Shown here: positions 14,189-31,017 of the stretch, one piece after another
How positions within the stretch are numbered: the first letter of the stretch is position 1
Layout: each line of letters begins with the position of its first letter
Source: Neoechinorhynchus agilis
Lineage: Eukaryota > Animalia > Acanthocephala
Assembly: GCA_051530055.1 (NCBI GenBank)
Contig: CM121341.1
Coordinates: 17,028,784-17,092,783 of the forward strand
Length of the DNA stretch: 64,000 bases
Reading direction: 5' to 3'
Translations under genes and position numbers: made by a program
Notes under the pieces: generated by a model
Seen by the model: the letters and a program-made list of their open reading frames with translations, nothing else
The model's database searches: none
Told to the model about the DNA's origin: nothing

Positions 14189-14285
14189 TCCAGAAAACCG
14201 CCAACTCTGCCTGTCTCCCCGTCTTCATTGAATCCAACCGAACTCACAACTGTGGTCACAGACACGAATCGCCCACACCCCATCT

Positions 14286-16850
14286 CGCAACGCCTCCCCA
14301 GCCAAAATAGGATATTGTTTTCGACCGATAGTTCTCCCCTCTTTTCGTAATATGTCCGTAAATCATTCGGAATCACTTCGGGCCATTGTGTCTTGATATA
14401 CCTACACACCCTCGCCAGCACATTATCGTTTCTTAAACTCCGTTTCAACATTTCTGCGTTTATGAGTTTTGAATCGTCACAATCTATTAGATCAATTTCA
14501 TTGGCAAAACTCTCCACTGGTTCATTTGAAACTTCTGGTATTCTTGATAGTGCATCGGCATATACATTCTTTTTGCCTTTCACATATTCGATGGTGTAAT
14601 CATATTCGGCCAACACAATCGCCCATCTTCGCAAAAGGTTACCATGTATCTGATTCAATTCTTTTTTATGTCCGAATATGTTAATCAAAGGTTTGTGATC
14701 GGTCATCAGTCGAAAACTACGTCCGAATAAGAAGTGGTGAAATTTCTTTATTCCAAACAATATCGCCCCGGCTTCTTTATCTATTGTTGAATAATTTTTT
14801 CCGCAGGTGATAAAGTTCTCGCATACGCGATCGTTCTTCAGTTTCTCCCTTCCTGCTGCAAGAGTACTGCCCCAAACCCCACTTCACTCGCATCACACGA
14901 CAGGATCACCTCTTTTTCAGCAGCATACGGCATCAACACTTTCGGATGTTCCATCAACTTTTTCGCTGCCATGAAACTACCTTGTTCTATTTTCCCCCAT
15001 CTCCATGGAATCTTCGAACTGGTCAGTCTACGAAGCGGACTACGCACAGCGTGCAAATGTGGCAAAAATCGTTCATGGTATCCTGCTGCTCCGGGGAAGG
15101 CTCTCGATTGCGTTCGTGTTTTCGGAGGTGGACAATTGATCATTGACCGCAATTTTGCTTGTGGTGCTCTTATTGCCCCCGATTCCCAGATCATCCCTAA
15201 AATCTCAACCTTTTCCTGGAGAAAACAGCATTAGATATTCGTTTATAGTGACTCGAAAATCACCACATACTCTGATCCTGTTATTCGCTTTCTTCATGAG
15301 AACGATCGGTGTGGCCCATTCCAGCGGTTCTCTCGTCGGATCCACTTTCCTTAGAACGCCGATTGCTTGAAGCCTGTTCATCTAATCTTGTAAACATTCA
15401 ACCATCGGAAGAGGAACTCTCCGTGCCGGAAAAAATTTTGGACTCGCATCATCTCTCACTGACAATTCCACTTGATATCCCTTGATTTTCCCCAATTCAT
15501 TCGAAAACAGTTTAGCATATTCCTTCTCTGGTTTCATCTCCATCTGATTTATTGGGGATACCACACCGATCCCCATCCCTTGGTTTCCTCTCCAGGTAGC
15601 ATCTAACTGCACCAGAACTATACCAACAGCACATATCCAATTTAGTCCACACAATGCTCTATCCATGGTTCGCACCACGGCAACTTCGACCATGGCTCGG
15701 CGTCCCTCGAATTCCACCTCCACTTGACCAGTTCCCACAGTGTCGAGTGCCTGTCCACCATATGCTTTTAGGCGAAGACCCTCTCTAAGCGGTTTAGATC
15801 CTAATTGTGTCCAAATCCGCATCGAGACACCAGCACCCGTGTCATATTCCATCTCCACTGATCTTTGATTGACTTTAAGAATTAGCGTCCACTTTTGGTT
15901 TTGTCCAACAGCGTTGATGTTTCTAATCACTTCTTCCTCCTCTCCAATCTGTTTTACCTGCTTGACCTGCGATCGGAAACAATTCCGTGCAAAATGGCCA
16001 AATTTCCCACAGTTGAAACATCTTCCTCCTCGGCTATTTGGAAAGGTCTGAGAGTTTCCTCCTCGAAAAATACACGGCTCGTTGCTCTTATGAACTTTTC
16101 CACATCGATTACAGATGGTTCTTCTTCTTCGATCATCGGCATGATTCCACTTCTCGAAGTTTCTCGCCACTACCCGGTGCAACGTACCTGCATCTTCGTC
16201 CTTCGTTTGTCTTACCTCAGCTATCGCTCGTTCCATTGGGATGCATAGATCTAGGACTTGTTTCATCGATACAATTTTTTTTCCTGTATCCCGTCTGGTC
16301 AACGACACCTTATCTCCGTCTCGATTCGTGCATCGTTCAAACCAATAGCGAAACGATCCCGTAACCGTTCGTCCAAGTTTTCCCCATAGCTACAGCACAC
16401 ACTTAGCGTGCGCAATCGATCTGCAAACTCGTTGAAAGACTCACCATCTTTTCTATTGGCTTTCTCGAACGCAAAACGGGCAGCAAATATTGTCGTAGTT
16501 GGCGTAAGTAGATCGGTCATTGACTGAATAATTTCCTGGTAACCAAGATTACCGACATCCTTAGGAAATACATGCCTTTCCAATTTGCTTAGGTTAGTAT
16601 CACCCATAAACGCCAATAGCAGCATCGCTTTCGCTTCGGACACACGTTTCTCGGTTCCGCAGATACCTTTTAACCATAGGTGTCTTTCGAAACGACGAAT
16701 GTACGTTGTCCATCCTACGCCCGTGGATTCCGAACACGGGTCAAAACGTTTTTTCAAAGCCTGACTAACTGCAAAAACCAAAAACAAAACGTACACACCC
16801 CCAAACATCGTTTGGTCATTATCGATTGGACGCGCAGTGCGTGTCACGAT
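14286..16850 (-). mobile_element. Ty3/Gypsy LTR-retrotransposon remnant (gag, CCHC knuckle, protease, partial RT, RNase H; RT core and integrase missing)
   Basis: Gag FDP..W..Y.RRF; CFNCGKFGHFARNC; protease YDTGA; PARRVP; WATPIV..K....IRVCGDFRVTIN; CDAS..G.GAVL; FRLMTDHKPL; RRWAI.L.EYDY.IEY.KGK.N..ADALSR. No LTR was recognised. Confidence 0.92.
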
Positions 16851-17189
16851 CGCTCACTATATAACAAAAACACAACTGGTGTTAGAGGGGTTATTTCGGA
16901 ATAAAATATTCACATTCATAAACGCTTAAGATATTTGCCTCTAGAGGCTCTCGATTTTTATCTCGCAGAGTCTTTAGTCTTGTTTCCTTCAAAATATATT
17001 AAACTCAAAATCACTAGATTTGGGGGATCAAGTTGATGAACCTTATTACTTTCAATACGACGCTATTTGCTTTTTTCGGAAGCTCTTTTTGCTGTTAATC
17101 CTGTGATTTGTGTTTTTGCATTGCTGTGCGCTATACACGTTACAATCGAGTCGAATTTGTTATGGCGCACGGATATAATAATAAAACGT

Positions 17190-17475
17190 TTATTTGTTAA
17201 AATACAAGGAATAGGATCCATGTACCTTTGGGTCCTCATATGCGCTCGAGTTTAGAGTTCTTCAAAGAATGCGGATGTTGATTATTGAGTATATTACTGT
17301 TTTGGTAGAGTGGGAAGATCCGCTCAGAGGAAGTCCGTTCGGATGGCAATATCCGGTCGGGAGCGAATGGGCGGTAACAGTTTGTTGGAGAGCTTGCGAG
17401 GGCGGCATTTCCTCCGTTCATTTCCTGTCATACTATTCAAAAAGATTCGGCAGTATTCAAAAGGGAGCGCCAGTA
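17190..17475 (-). mobile_element. 3' end fragment of an L2/Daphne-like LINE
   Basis: Similar to 61570-61690. Carries the GGATCCA-TGTACCTT-TGGGTCC stem-loop (17214-17235), followed on the minus strand by AATAAA. Confidence 0.55.
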
Positions 17476-17678
17476 TAAGGAGCTGATTATATCAAAAGTG
17501 ATAAAAGATCACCATTAAGTCCCAGTTCGTTGCGATAACTTGATTTCGCCGTCAATCTGGAAGCTAAAGAACGCACCTCACAATTCTACCGACGATAACT
17601 CTTGCGAATATACGAACGCTTTCAGCATTTCATTGATAGTTTAAATTGCGGCGAATCCAACAAATAAAATAAATTTTA

Positions 17679-17717
17679 TTGAAATATTTCGCGAAGAAGC
17701 CTCGCCTCATCAGTCAA
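17679..17717 (-). ncRNA. Minimal type I hammerhead ribozyme motif (Penelope type)
   Basis: The minus strand reads TTGA CTGATGA G GCGAG GCTTC TTCGC GAAA TA T T TCAA. Stem I is TTGA/TCAA, the core is intact, stem II is 5 bp, stem III is the palindrome ATAT, and the predicted cleavage triplet is AUU. AATAAA overlaps the 3' end. Confidence 0.7.
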
Positions 17718-17764
17718 CAAAAAAAGGTTTTAGTAGTTTTGTGTTGTATAGATCGGGTGAACGG

Positions 17765-20700
17765 GATCGCCCTTTCCGAAGTCCGAGAACGGATGCCCGA
17801 TCGTGCCTCTTCGTTGGGTTGCGCTTTTCATTCATTTTTAACACGTCGTTGGTCATTAGTTTTAAGAGAAAGTTTTGCTTCCTTCCTTGATGTTGGACGC
17901 AGTGATGCGTAAATCCGTCTTCCTACGTTTTGTTCCTTCTCCATAAAATGCGTGATCGCCATTTCCGAAATTCGAGAACGGATGCCCGCTTGTACCTCTT
18001 CGTTGTCTTGCGCTTTTCATTCATTTTATACACGTCGTTGGTCGGTAGTTTTAAGAGAAAGTTTTGCTTCCATCCATGGTGTTGGACCCAGCGATGTGTA
18101 AATCCGTCTTCCTACGTTTTGTTCCTTCGCCATAAAATGCGTGATCGCCATTTTCGAAATTCGAGAACGGATGCCCGCTTGTACCTCTTCATTGTGTGTT
18201 GTTTTTCATCAATTATTAACAAGTCGCTGGCCAGTAGTTTTAAGCAAAAGTTTTGCTTCCTTCCATGATGTTGGAGGCAGCCATATGTAAATCCGTCTTC
18301 CTACGTTTTGTTCCTTCTCCATAAAATGCGGCATTGCCATTTAAGAAATTTGAGAACGGATGCCCGCTCGTACCTCTTCGTTGTGTTGCGCGTTTCATTC
18401 ATTTTTAACACATCGTTGGTCGGTAGTTTTAAGCAAACGTTTTGCTTCCATCCATGATGTTGTACCCAGCGATTTGTAAATCCGTCTTCCTACGTTTTGT
18501 TCCTGCTCCATAAAATGCGACATTGCCATTTTCGAAGTGCGAGAACGGATGCCCGATCGTGCCTCTTCGTTGTGTTGCGCTTTTCATTCATTTTTAATAC
18601 GTCGTTGGTCAGTAGTTTTAGGCAACAGTTTTGCTTCGATCCATGATGTTGGACCCAGCGATGTGTAAATCCGTCTTCCTACGTTTTGTTCCTTCCCCAT
18701 AAAATGCGGCATTACCATTGTCGAAGTCCGAGAGTGGATGTCCGCTCGTACCGCTTCGTTGTGTTGCGTTTTTCATCAATTATTAACACGTCGCTGGTCA
18801 GTAGTTTTGAAAAATTTTTTGCCCTCATCCATGATGTTGGACCCAGCGATGTGTAAATTCGTGTTCCTACGTTTTGTTTTTACTCCATAAAATGCGTGAT
18901 CGCCATTTCCGAAGTTCGAGAACCGGTGCCCGCTCGTAATTCTTGGTTGTGCTGCGCTTTTCATTAATTTTTAACACGTCGCTGGTCAGTAGTTTTGAAA
19001 AAAATTTTGCCCTCATCCATGATGTTGGACGCAGCGATGTGTAAATCCGTCTTCCTACGTTTTGTTCCTTCTCCCTAAAATGCGGCATTGCCATTTTCGA
19101 AGTCCGAGAACGGATGTCCGTTCGTACCTCTTCGTTGTGTTGCGCTTTTCATTCATTTTTAACATGTCGCTGGTCCGCAGTTTAAGCAAAAGTTTTGCTT
19201 CCATCCATGATGTTGGAGGCAGCCATGTGTAAATCCGTCTTCCTACGTTTTGTTCCTTCTCCATAAAATGCGAGATTGCCATTTTCGAAGTCCGAGAACG
19301 GATGCCCGCTCGTACCGCTTCGTTGTCTTGCGCTTTTCATTCATTTTTAACACGTCGCGGGTCTGTAGTTTTAAGAGAAAGTTTTGCTTCCATCCATGGT
19401 GTTGGACCCAGCGATGTGTAAATCCGTCTTCCTGCGTTTTGTTCCTTCTCCATAAAATGCGTGATCGCTATTTTCGAAGTCCGAGAACGGATGCCCGCTC
19501 GTACCTCTTCGTTGTGTTGCGCTTTTCATTCATTTTTAACACCTCGTTGGTCGGTAGTTTTAAACAAAAGTTTTGCTTCCATCCATGATGTGGGACCCAG
19601 CGATGTGTAAATCCATTTTCCTACGTTTTGTTCCTTTTCCATAATATGCGTGATCGCCATTTCCGAAATTCGAGAACGGATGCCCGCTCGTACCTCTTCG
19701 TTGTGTTGCGCTTTTCATTCATTTTTAACACGTCGCTGGTCTGTAGTTTTAACAAAAAATTTTGCTTCAATCCATGATGTGGGACCAAGCGATGTGTTAA
19801 TCCGTCTCCGAACGTTTTGTTCCTTCTCCATAAAATGCTAGATTGCCATTTTCGAAGTCCGAGAACTGATGCCCGCTCGTACCACTTCGTTCTCTTGCGC
19901 TTTTCATTCATTTTTAACACGTCGTTCGTCAGTTGTTTCAAGCAAAATTTTGCTTCCATCCATGATGTTGGACCCAGCGATGTGAAAATCCGTCTTCCTA
20001 CGTTTTGTTCCTTCTCCATAAAATGCGGGATCACCATTTCCGAAATTCGAGAACGGATGCCCGCTCGTACCTCTTCGTTGGGTTGCGCTTTTCATTCATT
20101 TTTAACACGTCGTTGGTCAGTAGTTTTAAGAGAAAGTTTTGCTTCCTTCCTTGATGTTGGACGCAGTGATGCGTAAATCCGTTTTCCTACGTTTTTGTTC
20201 CTTCTCCATAAAATGCGTGATCGCCATTTCCGAAATTCGAGAAGGATGCCCGCTTGTACCTCTTCGTTGTGTTGCGCTTTTCATTTATTTTTAACACGTC
20301 GTTGGTCTGTAGTTTTAACAGAAAGTTTTGCTTCAATCCATGATGTGGGACCAAGCGATGTGTTAATCCGTCTGCGAACGTTTTGTTCCTTTTCCATAAA
20401 ATGCGACATTGCCATTTTCGAAGTCCGAGAACGGATGCCCGCTCGAACCACTTCGTTGTCTTGCGCTTTTCATTCATTTTTTAAAACGTCGTTGGTCAGT
20501 AGTTTTTAGAGAAAGTTTTGCTTCCTTCCTTGATGTTGGACGCAGTGATGTGTAAATCCGTCTTCCTACGTTTTGTTCTTTCTCCATAAAATGCGAGATT
20601 GCCATTTTCGAAATTCGAGAACGGATGCCCGCTCGTACCACTTCGTTGTCTTGCGCTTTTCATTCATTTTTAACACGTCGTTGGTCAGTAGTTTTAAGAG

Positions 20701-21494
20701 AAAGTTTTGCTTCCTTCCTTGATGTTGGACGCAGTGATGCGTAAATCCGTCTTCCTACGTTTTGTTCCTTCTCCATAAAATGCGGGATCACCATTTCCGA
20801 AATTCGAGAACGGATGCCCGCTCGTACCTCTTCGTTGGGTTGCGCTTTTCATTCATTTTTAACACGTCGTTGGTCAGTAGTTTTAAGAGAAAGTTTTGCT
20901 TCCTTCCTTGATGTTGGACGCAGTGATGCGTAAATCCGTCTTCCTACGTTTTGTTCCTTCTCCATAAAATGCGTGATCGCCATTTCCGAAATTCGAGAAC
21001 GGATGCCCGCTTGTACCTCTTCGCTGTCTTGCGCTTTTCATTCATTTTTAACACGTCGTTGGTCGGTAGTTTTAGGAGAAAGTTTTGCTTCCATCCATGA
21101 TGTTGGAATCAGTGGTGTGTAAATCCGTCTCCCTACGTTTTGTTCCTTCTCCATAAAATGCGAGATTGCCATTTTCGAAGTCCGAGAACTGATGCCCGCT
21201 CGTGCCTCTTCGTTGTGTTATGCTTTTCATTCATTTTTAACACGTCGTTGGTCAGTTGTTTCAAGCAAAATTTTGCTTCCTTCCATGATGTTGAGCGAAG
21301 TGATGTGTAAATCCGTCTTCCTACGTTTTGTTCCTTCTCTATAAAATGCGACATTGCCATTTTCAAAGTCCGAGAACGGATGCCCACTCGTACCTCTTCG
21401 TTGTGTTGCGGTTTTCATTCATTTTTTAGACGTCGCTGGTCAGAAGTTTTAAGCAAAAGTTTTGCTTCCTTCTATGATGTTGGACGCAGCGATT
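17765..21494. repeat. 189-bp tandem satellite, about 20 copies
   Basis: The anchor AAATCCGTCTTCC occurs at 17911, 18100, 18289, 18478 and onward (period 189). Monomers differ by many substitutions, with more homogeneous copies at about 20500-21000. Confidence 0.98.
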
Positions 21495-21539
21495 GGCGAT
21501 CCCACGCTCCCGATCTATACAATACAAAACAATTTTTAA

Positions 21540-21590
21540 GTGACTGATGAAGTACGGCTTTCTCTTTCGAAATATTTGAATTCAATAAAA
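21540..21590 (+). ncRNA. Degenerate hammerhead motif in the right inverted repeat
   Basis: GTGA CTGATGA AGTACGGCTTTCTCTTTC GAAA TA T T TGAATTC AATAAA. The core is intact but stems I and II are poorly paired. Confidence 0.45.
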
Positions 21591-21609
21591 TGTATTTTAT
21601 CCATGTGAT

Positions 21610-24480
21610 TTTTTTCTTAAAAGATTATATTTTTAACACATTAAACAATCTGTTTGAAGCACACTCACCACCTCCCGCCAAATTCCAGCTTTTGTCCTTC
21701 CTCGACCGTCGCCATCACGCTGGCAACATTGCCTCGTTGTACTGCCAGCGAGATATTTTGTCGAAGGAATACGCCTGCTCTTGAGTCTCCGGTCGTTTCT
21801 CTCAATTTCTTCGAGAGATCCAGGAGCAGAGTGAGTGCTGGGGGCGTGCATATCGGGAGACCAAGTCTTAAGGATACTGCGATCCTCGTTACCTCATCAG
21901 TAAGAAGAGTTCCCACTGATGCCAGAGGAACAGCCTCCAACCACGCCCCAGATTCTCGTGTTTAAACTGCCAACAGTCTAGCTCGGACGACCCCATCGCG
22001 AGAACCTGAAAGTAGAGAGCTGTGAGCTCTCGCGACAAGAGGTCCGTCCCAGATCGACTGTCTGAGGCCATTTACGGGAACATAGTTAGCGCCTGTCTGC
22101 TAGCACCATTCCTCAACCGCCACCACGAAATCTAGGTCAAGACAGAACTTTTCCTTCAAAATTTTCTTCGCTATAGATTGACTCCCGTCATACGATCCAA
22201 GAAAGGCTGGCAAGGCAAGGTCTACACTAGCACCCGAATGCCCAATCCCTCAGATGACACAAGCAAAGAAGCTTGTCGCAACGCCTCATCTGAGAGCTGG
22301 GCATTTAAAATACGCTCGAGACAAGCCCTCACCTTGCCGTCGAGCTTAGCCAATCCTTCCTTATGTTTGAAAAATGTTGCTGTGCGAACCTTGTACAATA
22401 ATTTGGGGATGAAGAGCGCGTTCTTTATGAGAAACAAGGCTTCATGAGCCGAGAGAGCGCTCACCCTATCTCACAGCAACGAAAGTTTCGGTATGATATG
22501 ACCGATCTCATCTTCCACATTTTAATCGAAGACGCAACTGCCCAGTAGGCTGAGTTGCTCCCGAGTCACGAGTTTCAGACCTGGAGCTACGGCCTCGAAC
22601 CCAGCCATTAGTTCTTTGACTTTGGCGGCGTCTCCAATATTCAATACAAGGAGCTCACATTTTCCAGCATTGAGCTCAATGCCCATCTTCGAGGTCTCCC
22701 TAACCAGCGTCTCCAAATCGCGCAGTACAACGGAGGGATCACCTTCGAGCGCAGCGTCATCCAAGTACCAAGCGTTGAAGCTGGAATGGAGAGAATGCGC
22801 TATTGGATTTACTGTTAGGGAGAATGCGATTGGACCGAGGAGATCTCCTTGCTGCACTCCTATTTCGGACCAAATGAGGTGGTCTTCGAAAAGCAAAGAA
22901 GTCGCCGTCCCGTAGGCATTGAGAAAATACTGGAAGGCTTCTGGGGCATGATCCCTAATTGCGCGGAACATGGTTTCTCTATTGAGAGAGTTAAAGGCGT
23001 TCCGAAAATCACACTTAAGAATCACGCACTTCTCTGAGCTTCTCGTAGCAAAGTTTCGGAGCGAGCGGACAATAGCTTCCGCCCCGCAGGATGTGCAGCA
23101 GCCCAGTTGGACTGGACGAAGTTGCTGTCCGGTTTTCTCTGTAATACGTTTGCAGAGAATTTTTCCTGCGAGTCGGCGTATCGTCGAAGATACGGCGATG
23201 GGACGGATCCCACCTTCTTTTTTTGTGAGCGCACACAATGAGGCTCCGAAAAATAGGTCCTTTGCAACGGGGTTCAGGTCTCTCCAGTCAGGCGGTCGAC
23301 TATTCGAGAAAGCGCACTTCCTAGAGAGAGCTGCTTCACCAGTTGAAAAGGACATCATGTCCTTTAGGTGCTGAGACCTTAGTCCGTCAAGCCCATGACC
23401 CTAACCATTTGCAAAAGATGAGATGGCCTTTTGTAACTCTGAAATTTGAGTGGGCGTCCTGTCTTGTATGGGAGGAGATGGAATTTCAAAACTTCCGCTA
23501 CTACATGGTTGCTTCGACCGGAGTATTTGTAGCGTCTCGCTGTCTCCTTTTGCGAAACTGTCGGAGGATGACAATAACCGAACAGCCCCCCGAACATCTC
23601 CGTCCGCAAGCTTCGAAGAGACACGTTCAGTCAGTGATCGCTTTGAAAAACGGCAGCGAAACTCTTCCTTCGTGCGTCCCTTACGAACCTCGCGGAGATT
23701 CCTTTCAAAATCGTTAAATATTTGTTCAAAGGAGGCTAACCTTTCCTTGATTGTTGATGTCAAAGACACCCCAGAATCACCGCTGGTGTAGAGGACTAAG
23801 CGCGGGAAAGCGACGAGCCGTGTCCATGATGGCTCACAGCTCCTTTGAAGGCAACCGTTGGCCAATCCCGTAAATGATTTGGCGACCAGATATCGCGCGC
23901 CTTTAGGTATCCGTTTCAGGACGTTCCTGGGCAGAAACCGCACAATATCAGGTATCGAAATAGAATCAGTTGTGATCTGAGGGGTCTCAGACACGAAAGG
24001 TTCGGTTAATTGTGGCGGAGAACCAGACCCGTTACAGCAGAGATCCCGGGGACCATGGACAAACAAAACCCCAAATTGGTTAATTTATAAGACTTACCGC
24101 AAACCGGACACAAACCAGCAGAGACGCGTGGGAGCCCGGCAGCGTTGATCTTCTCAGGTTGATCATGATCGATAAGTGGCGCGTTCAAATTATCTACGTC
24201 AGCAGCGTCGATTGTAGGCGATTTGAACACATTGTGACGTAATTTGGAATTTCGGCGAAACCTATCCGATGCTGAGATCGTAATGAGCCTTCTTGCAGGT
24301 ATAGGGCTGGGAGGTGAATCTGATCCGTCGCTATATCCATCGTCTGATTTCCTCGTATTCGTTCCGTCAATTTCCATTGTTTCGCGGGATTTCGTAGTTT
24401 TAGTCTGTAATCCGCTGCTTGCAAGCTTTTTCAACTTTTGTTTGTTGAAATCTTTCTACTTGCTTGTAAGTTTTTAAATA
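21610..24480 (-). mobile_element. CRE-clade non-LTR retrotransposon, copy 2 (near full length, frameshifted, endonuclease core deleted)
   Basis: N-terminal finger CPVCGKSYKLTNLG/VHGP, KRIPKGAR, RT (22522-23358, WYLDD) and C-terminus FLRQNISLAVQRGN.ASV. LGLPICTP joins directly to ALTLLLDLSKK, deleting the HGLVC..RPDG..FGVET block present in copy 1. Confidence 0.9.
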
Positions 24481-24889
24481 TGTGTTAGTGCTCACCACAA
24501 TTGAAACTTTATCATGCCAACGGATTTTCTCTTCGTTGATAGTTTTGACAAAATATCCACATTTCCCGAGGCTATGATGCTGCGCTATGGTTTAGCAACT
24601 TACGCAATAGGCGTCCGTTTTGACTGCATTGCATTACGCCGGTTTATTCGTTACGGTTGCTGCATTAGTCGGTTTCCGCCTTGCAGATTGCAATTGCTTC
24701 TATGCAGCCTTCGGTTATTCACCTCCATCTTCTTAAGACTTCATTTTGGAGTATCCGAAGAACTTTTTTGTACATTTACTCAAAGTTTAGATTTTCTCAA
24801 GTTGGATTTAGAATATTCGGTAATAAAACTTTTCACCCTCAATGTAAAGTATTTCAGACACATCGATTTTCCGTTTTGAAATCCAAAAA

Positions 24890-29099
<4,210 letters not shown>

Positions 29100-29162
29100 A
29101 TCGTTGTGAAAGGTTACTATTTCGAGCTTGTTTTTGGCATTCAGGACTGTATTTAATTCCCT

Positions 29163-29965
29163 TTAAAGGTCATTCATAATTGTACGAATATCGTTTTCGA
29201 CTTTTTCCATCCAATTGTCCACATCTCCCATATGCTAAAATAAAAAAGAATTTAATACCCTAAAATCTAAACTTCAACGACTTTAATCATTTGTGTGTAC
29301 TAATTAAAAACAAAATGGATTCGAGTACTTTAAATGAATCGAACTCTTGTGAGGCAGAGGTGGTGGAATTTTATTCAAAACTTTCCCCTTTAATAAACTT
29401 TCATTCATGAAATGGCTAAACTGCCAATTTTGATCTCTTAATGCAAAATTTCCGGGATTGATTTCCTCACCTTAAAAATTCACTTTTGGTTTGGAAAATC
29501 GAACATTCACGTATTTTTTTGCACCACCACCGACGGCACCGAAGCTACCGCAAAAGACAACACCGATGCCACCACCACCGACGACACCGAAAACCTTTTA
29601 AAGTTGAATTACCTTTCTAGCAGCTTCAAACTCCGTTCCCATTTCTTTCCAACGGGACAATTCATTTTCCAACTGTACGACTGAACCATGAACGCTTTTT
29701 AGAAGTTGAGCAATTCTTTTTTGATTCGAGTAAGCCTTCAGAGCACTGATGAGAAATTTAAAATCCAAAATCGAATGCTGATTACTTACTCTTCATTTGT
29801 GGCGTCTACCACTGCTGCAGCTAAGGATATAATCATTTTTTCAGATTTAGTTTGAAGGGACACTAAAGATTTTGATTTGGTTTGCGCTTTGATCTGCTTT
29901 AAATTACCAATCTCCCCTTTAATGTCTCGAAGTCGCTTTTTGTGGGTTTCATACAAATCGTTCAT
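29163..29965 (-). CDS. BLOC1S1: BLOC-1 subunit 1 (GCN5L1 family), 4 exons
   Basis: Exons 29965-29908, 29862-29790, 29745-29613 and 29234-29163, with GT-AG introns of 45, 44 and 378 nt, splice to MNDLYETHKKRLRDIKGEIVSLQTKSEKMIISLAAAVVDATNEDALKAYSNQKRIAQLLKSVHGSVVQLENELSRWKEMGTEFEAARKHMGDVDNWMEKVENDIRTIMNDL*. This matches the BLOC1S1 pattern LVD.LN..V..AY.NQ....W......F..ALKE.GDVENW...IE.D.R.I. The start codon is uncertain. Confidence 0.85.
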
Positions 29966-31017
29966 CTGAAGTGAAATGAACTTTTTAGACCGCGGAAAAG
30001 ATTCATTCTTATAGGGATTCTCAAATGATGTCAATCTTAGGAAGAAGAATTATTATGTGAAAGGTCAACAAACCTATAAGAGGCACTTTACTTCTTTTCT
30101 GAACAATCTTCTGTCTCGTACTCTTCGTCTAAATCTCTCAGACGATCTTCGTTCAACATCAGATATCCCGTGTTCTATAGACCGTTTAAGCGTAAGAGAA
30201 TTTATCGAGGAAGCTACATCTACCAGCACAAATTCAAGTTTAACGATTGACCCAAACTTAATTACCTATTCCACGTTTATTGAAGGCGATTAAACCACAG
30301 CTTCAGATAAAGAGTTCATATTTGCAGAATGTTAAGGGTTTACTTAATTCTCTGATTGCGAGATGCAATGACTTAAATAGTGGTCGAGTCATGTCTTTTT
30401 ATTTTGTCTCGCACCATACGAACGTTGTCAATGAGGTAGCGGCATGAGCACTCGAGAAAAGGTTGAATGAGAACGAAGAGGACTTAAATATATTCGGAAT
30501 GCTACCGACGGACGTGAATGGACTCACTTTCGATATAACGACCGACGTTATAGACAAATCCGTCGACTGTAATGGGAAACAGCTTTGCTACCGTCTTGGC
30601 ATTGATTTTCCTCGATGATTTGGAAATGCAGTACAAATTCTCGCATGTAACGCCGAGCCAAATTTATCTCCATTATGTGGATGATGTGTTGTTCACTTGC
30701 AGCGAGGATTGTGAGGTCGACGACAATGAAAGGAGGTTGAATTCGATGGATCCTATTGAAGGGAATAAGGTGACGCGAGACAAACCGTCGGATTATCTAC
30801 CATCTCTCAATTTGTACTTCAAAGTTAATGACATCACTGATTTCAGCTGGTTTCGCAAACCATGGCGATAGACAGGGTGAACGAAATTTTCGCGGATAAT
30901 GGATATACACATAACGATATCATGCGATCCCAGCAGCGGTGTGAAAGAGGTGAAACGAAAAGATGATCGTTCACACAATCGATATGGAGGAAACCCGATT
31001 CTCAAGATAAAAATATA

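Larger units (their letters stand above)
17664..21600. mobile_element. Foldback-like element: hammerhead-bearing terminal inverted repeats enclosing a 189-bp satellite
   Basis: 17664-17771 aligns as the reverse complement of 21495-21600 (shared ATAAAAT..ATTTTATTGAA, AATATTTCG, TCATCAGTCA, TTGTATAGATCGGG, GGGATCGCC). Confidence 0.8.

Noticed and set aside
16850-17100. Gypsy 5' LTR and primer-binding site
   Set aside because: I found no TG...CA repeat partner and no recognisable tRNA-complementary site.
17765-21494. 189-bp array as a CRISPR array or tRNA-derived SINE array
   Set aside because: There are no unique spacers and whole monomers repeat. The TTCGAG and TGGTCAGTAG words match Pol III A/B boxes only weakly and with the wrong spacing.
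11860-23791. Plus-strand and alternate-frame ORFs over the CRE and Gypsy elements
   Set aside because: They are shadow ORFs of GC-richer retroelement coding sequence.
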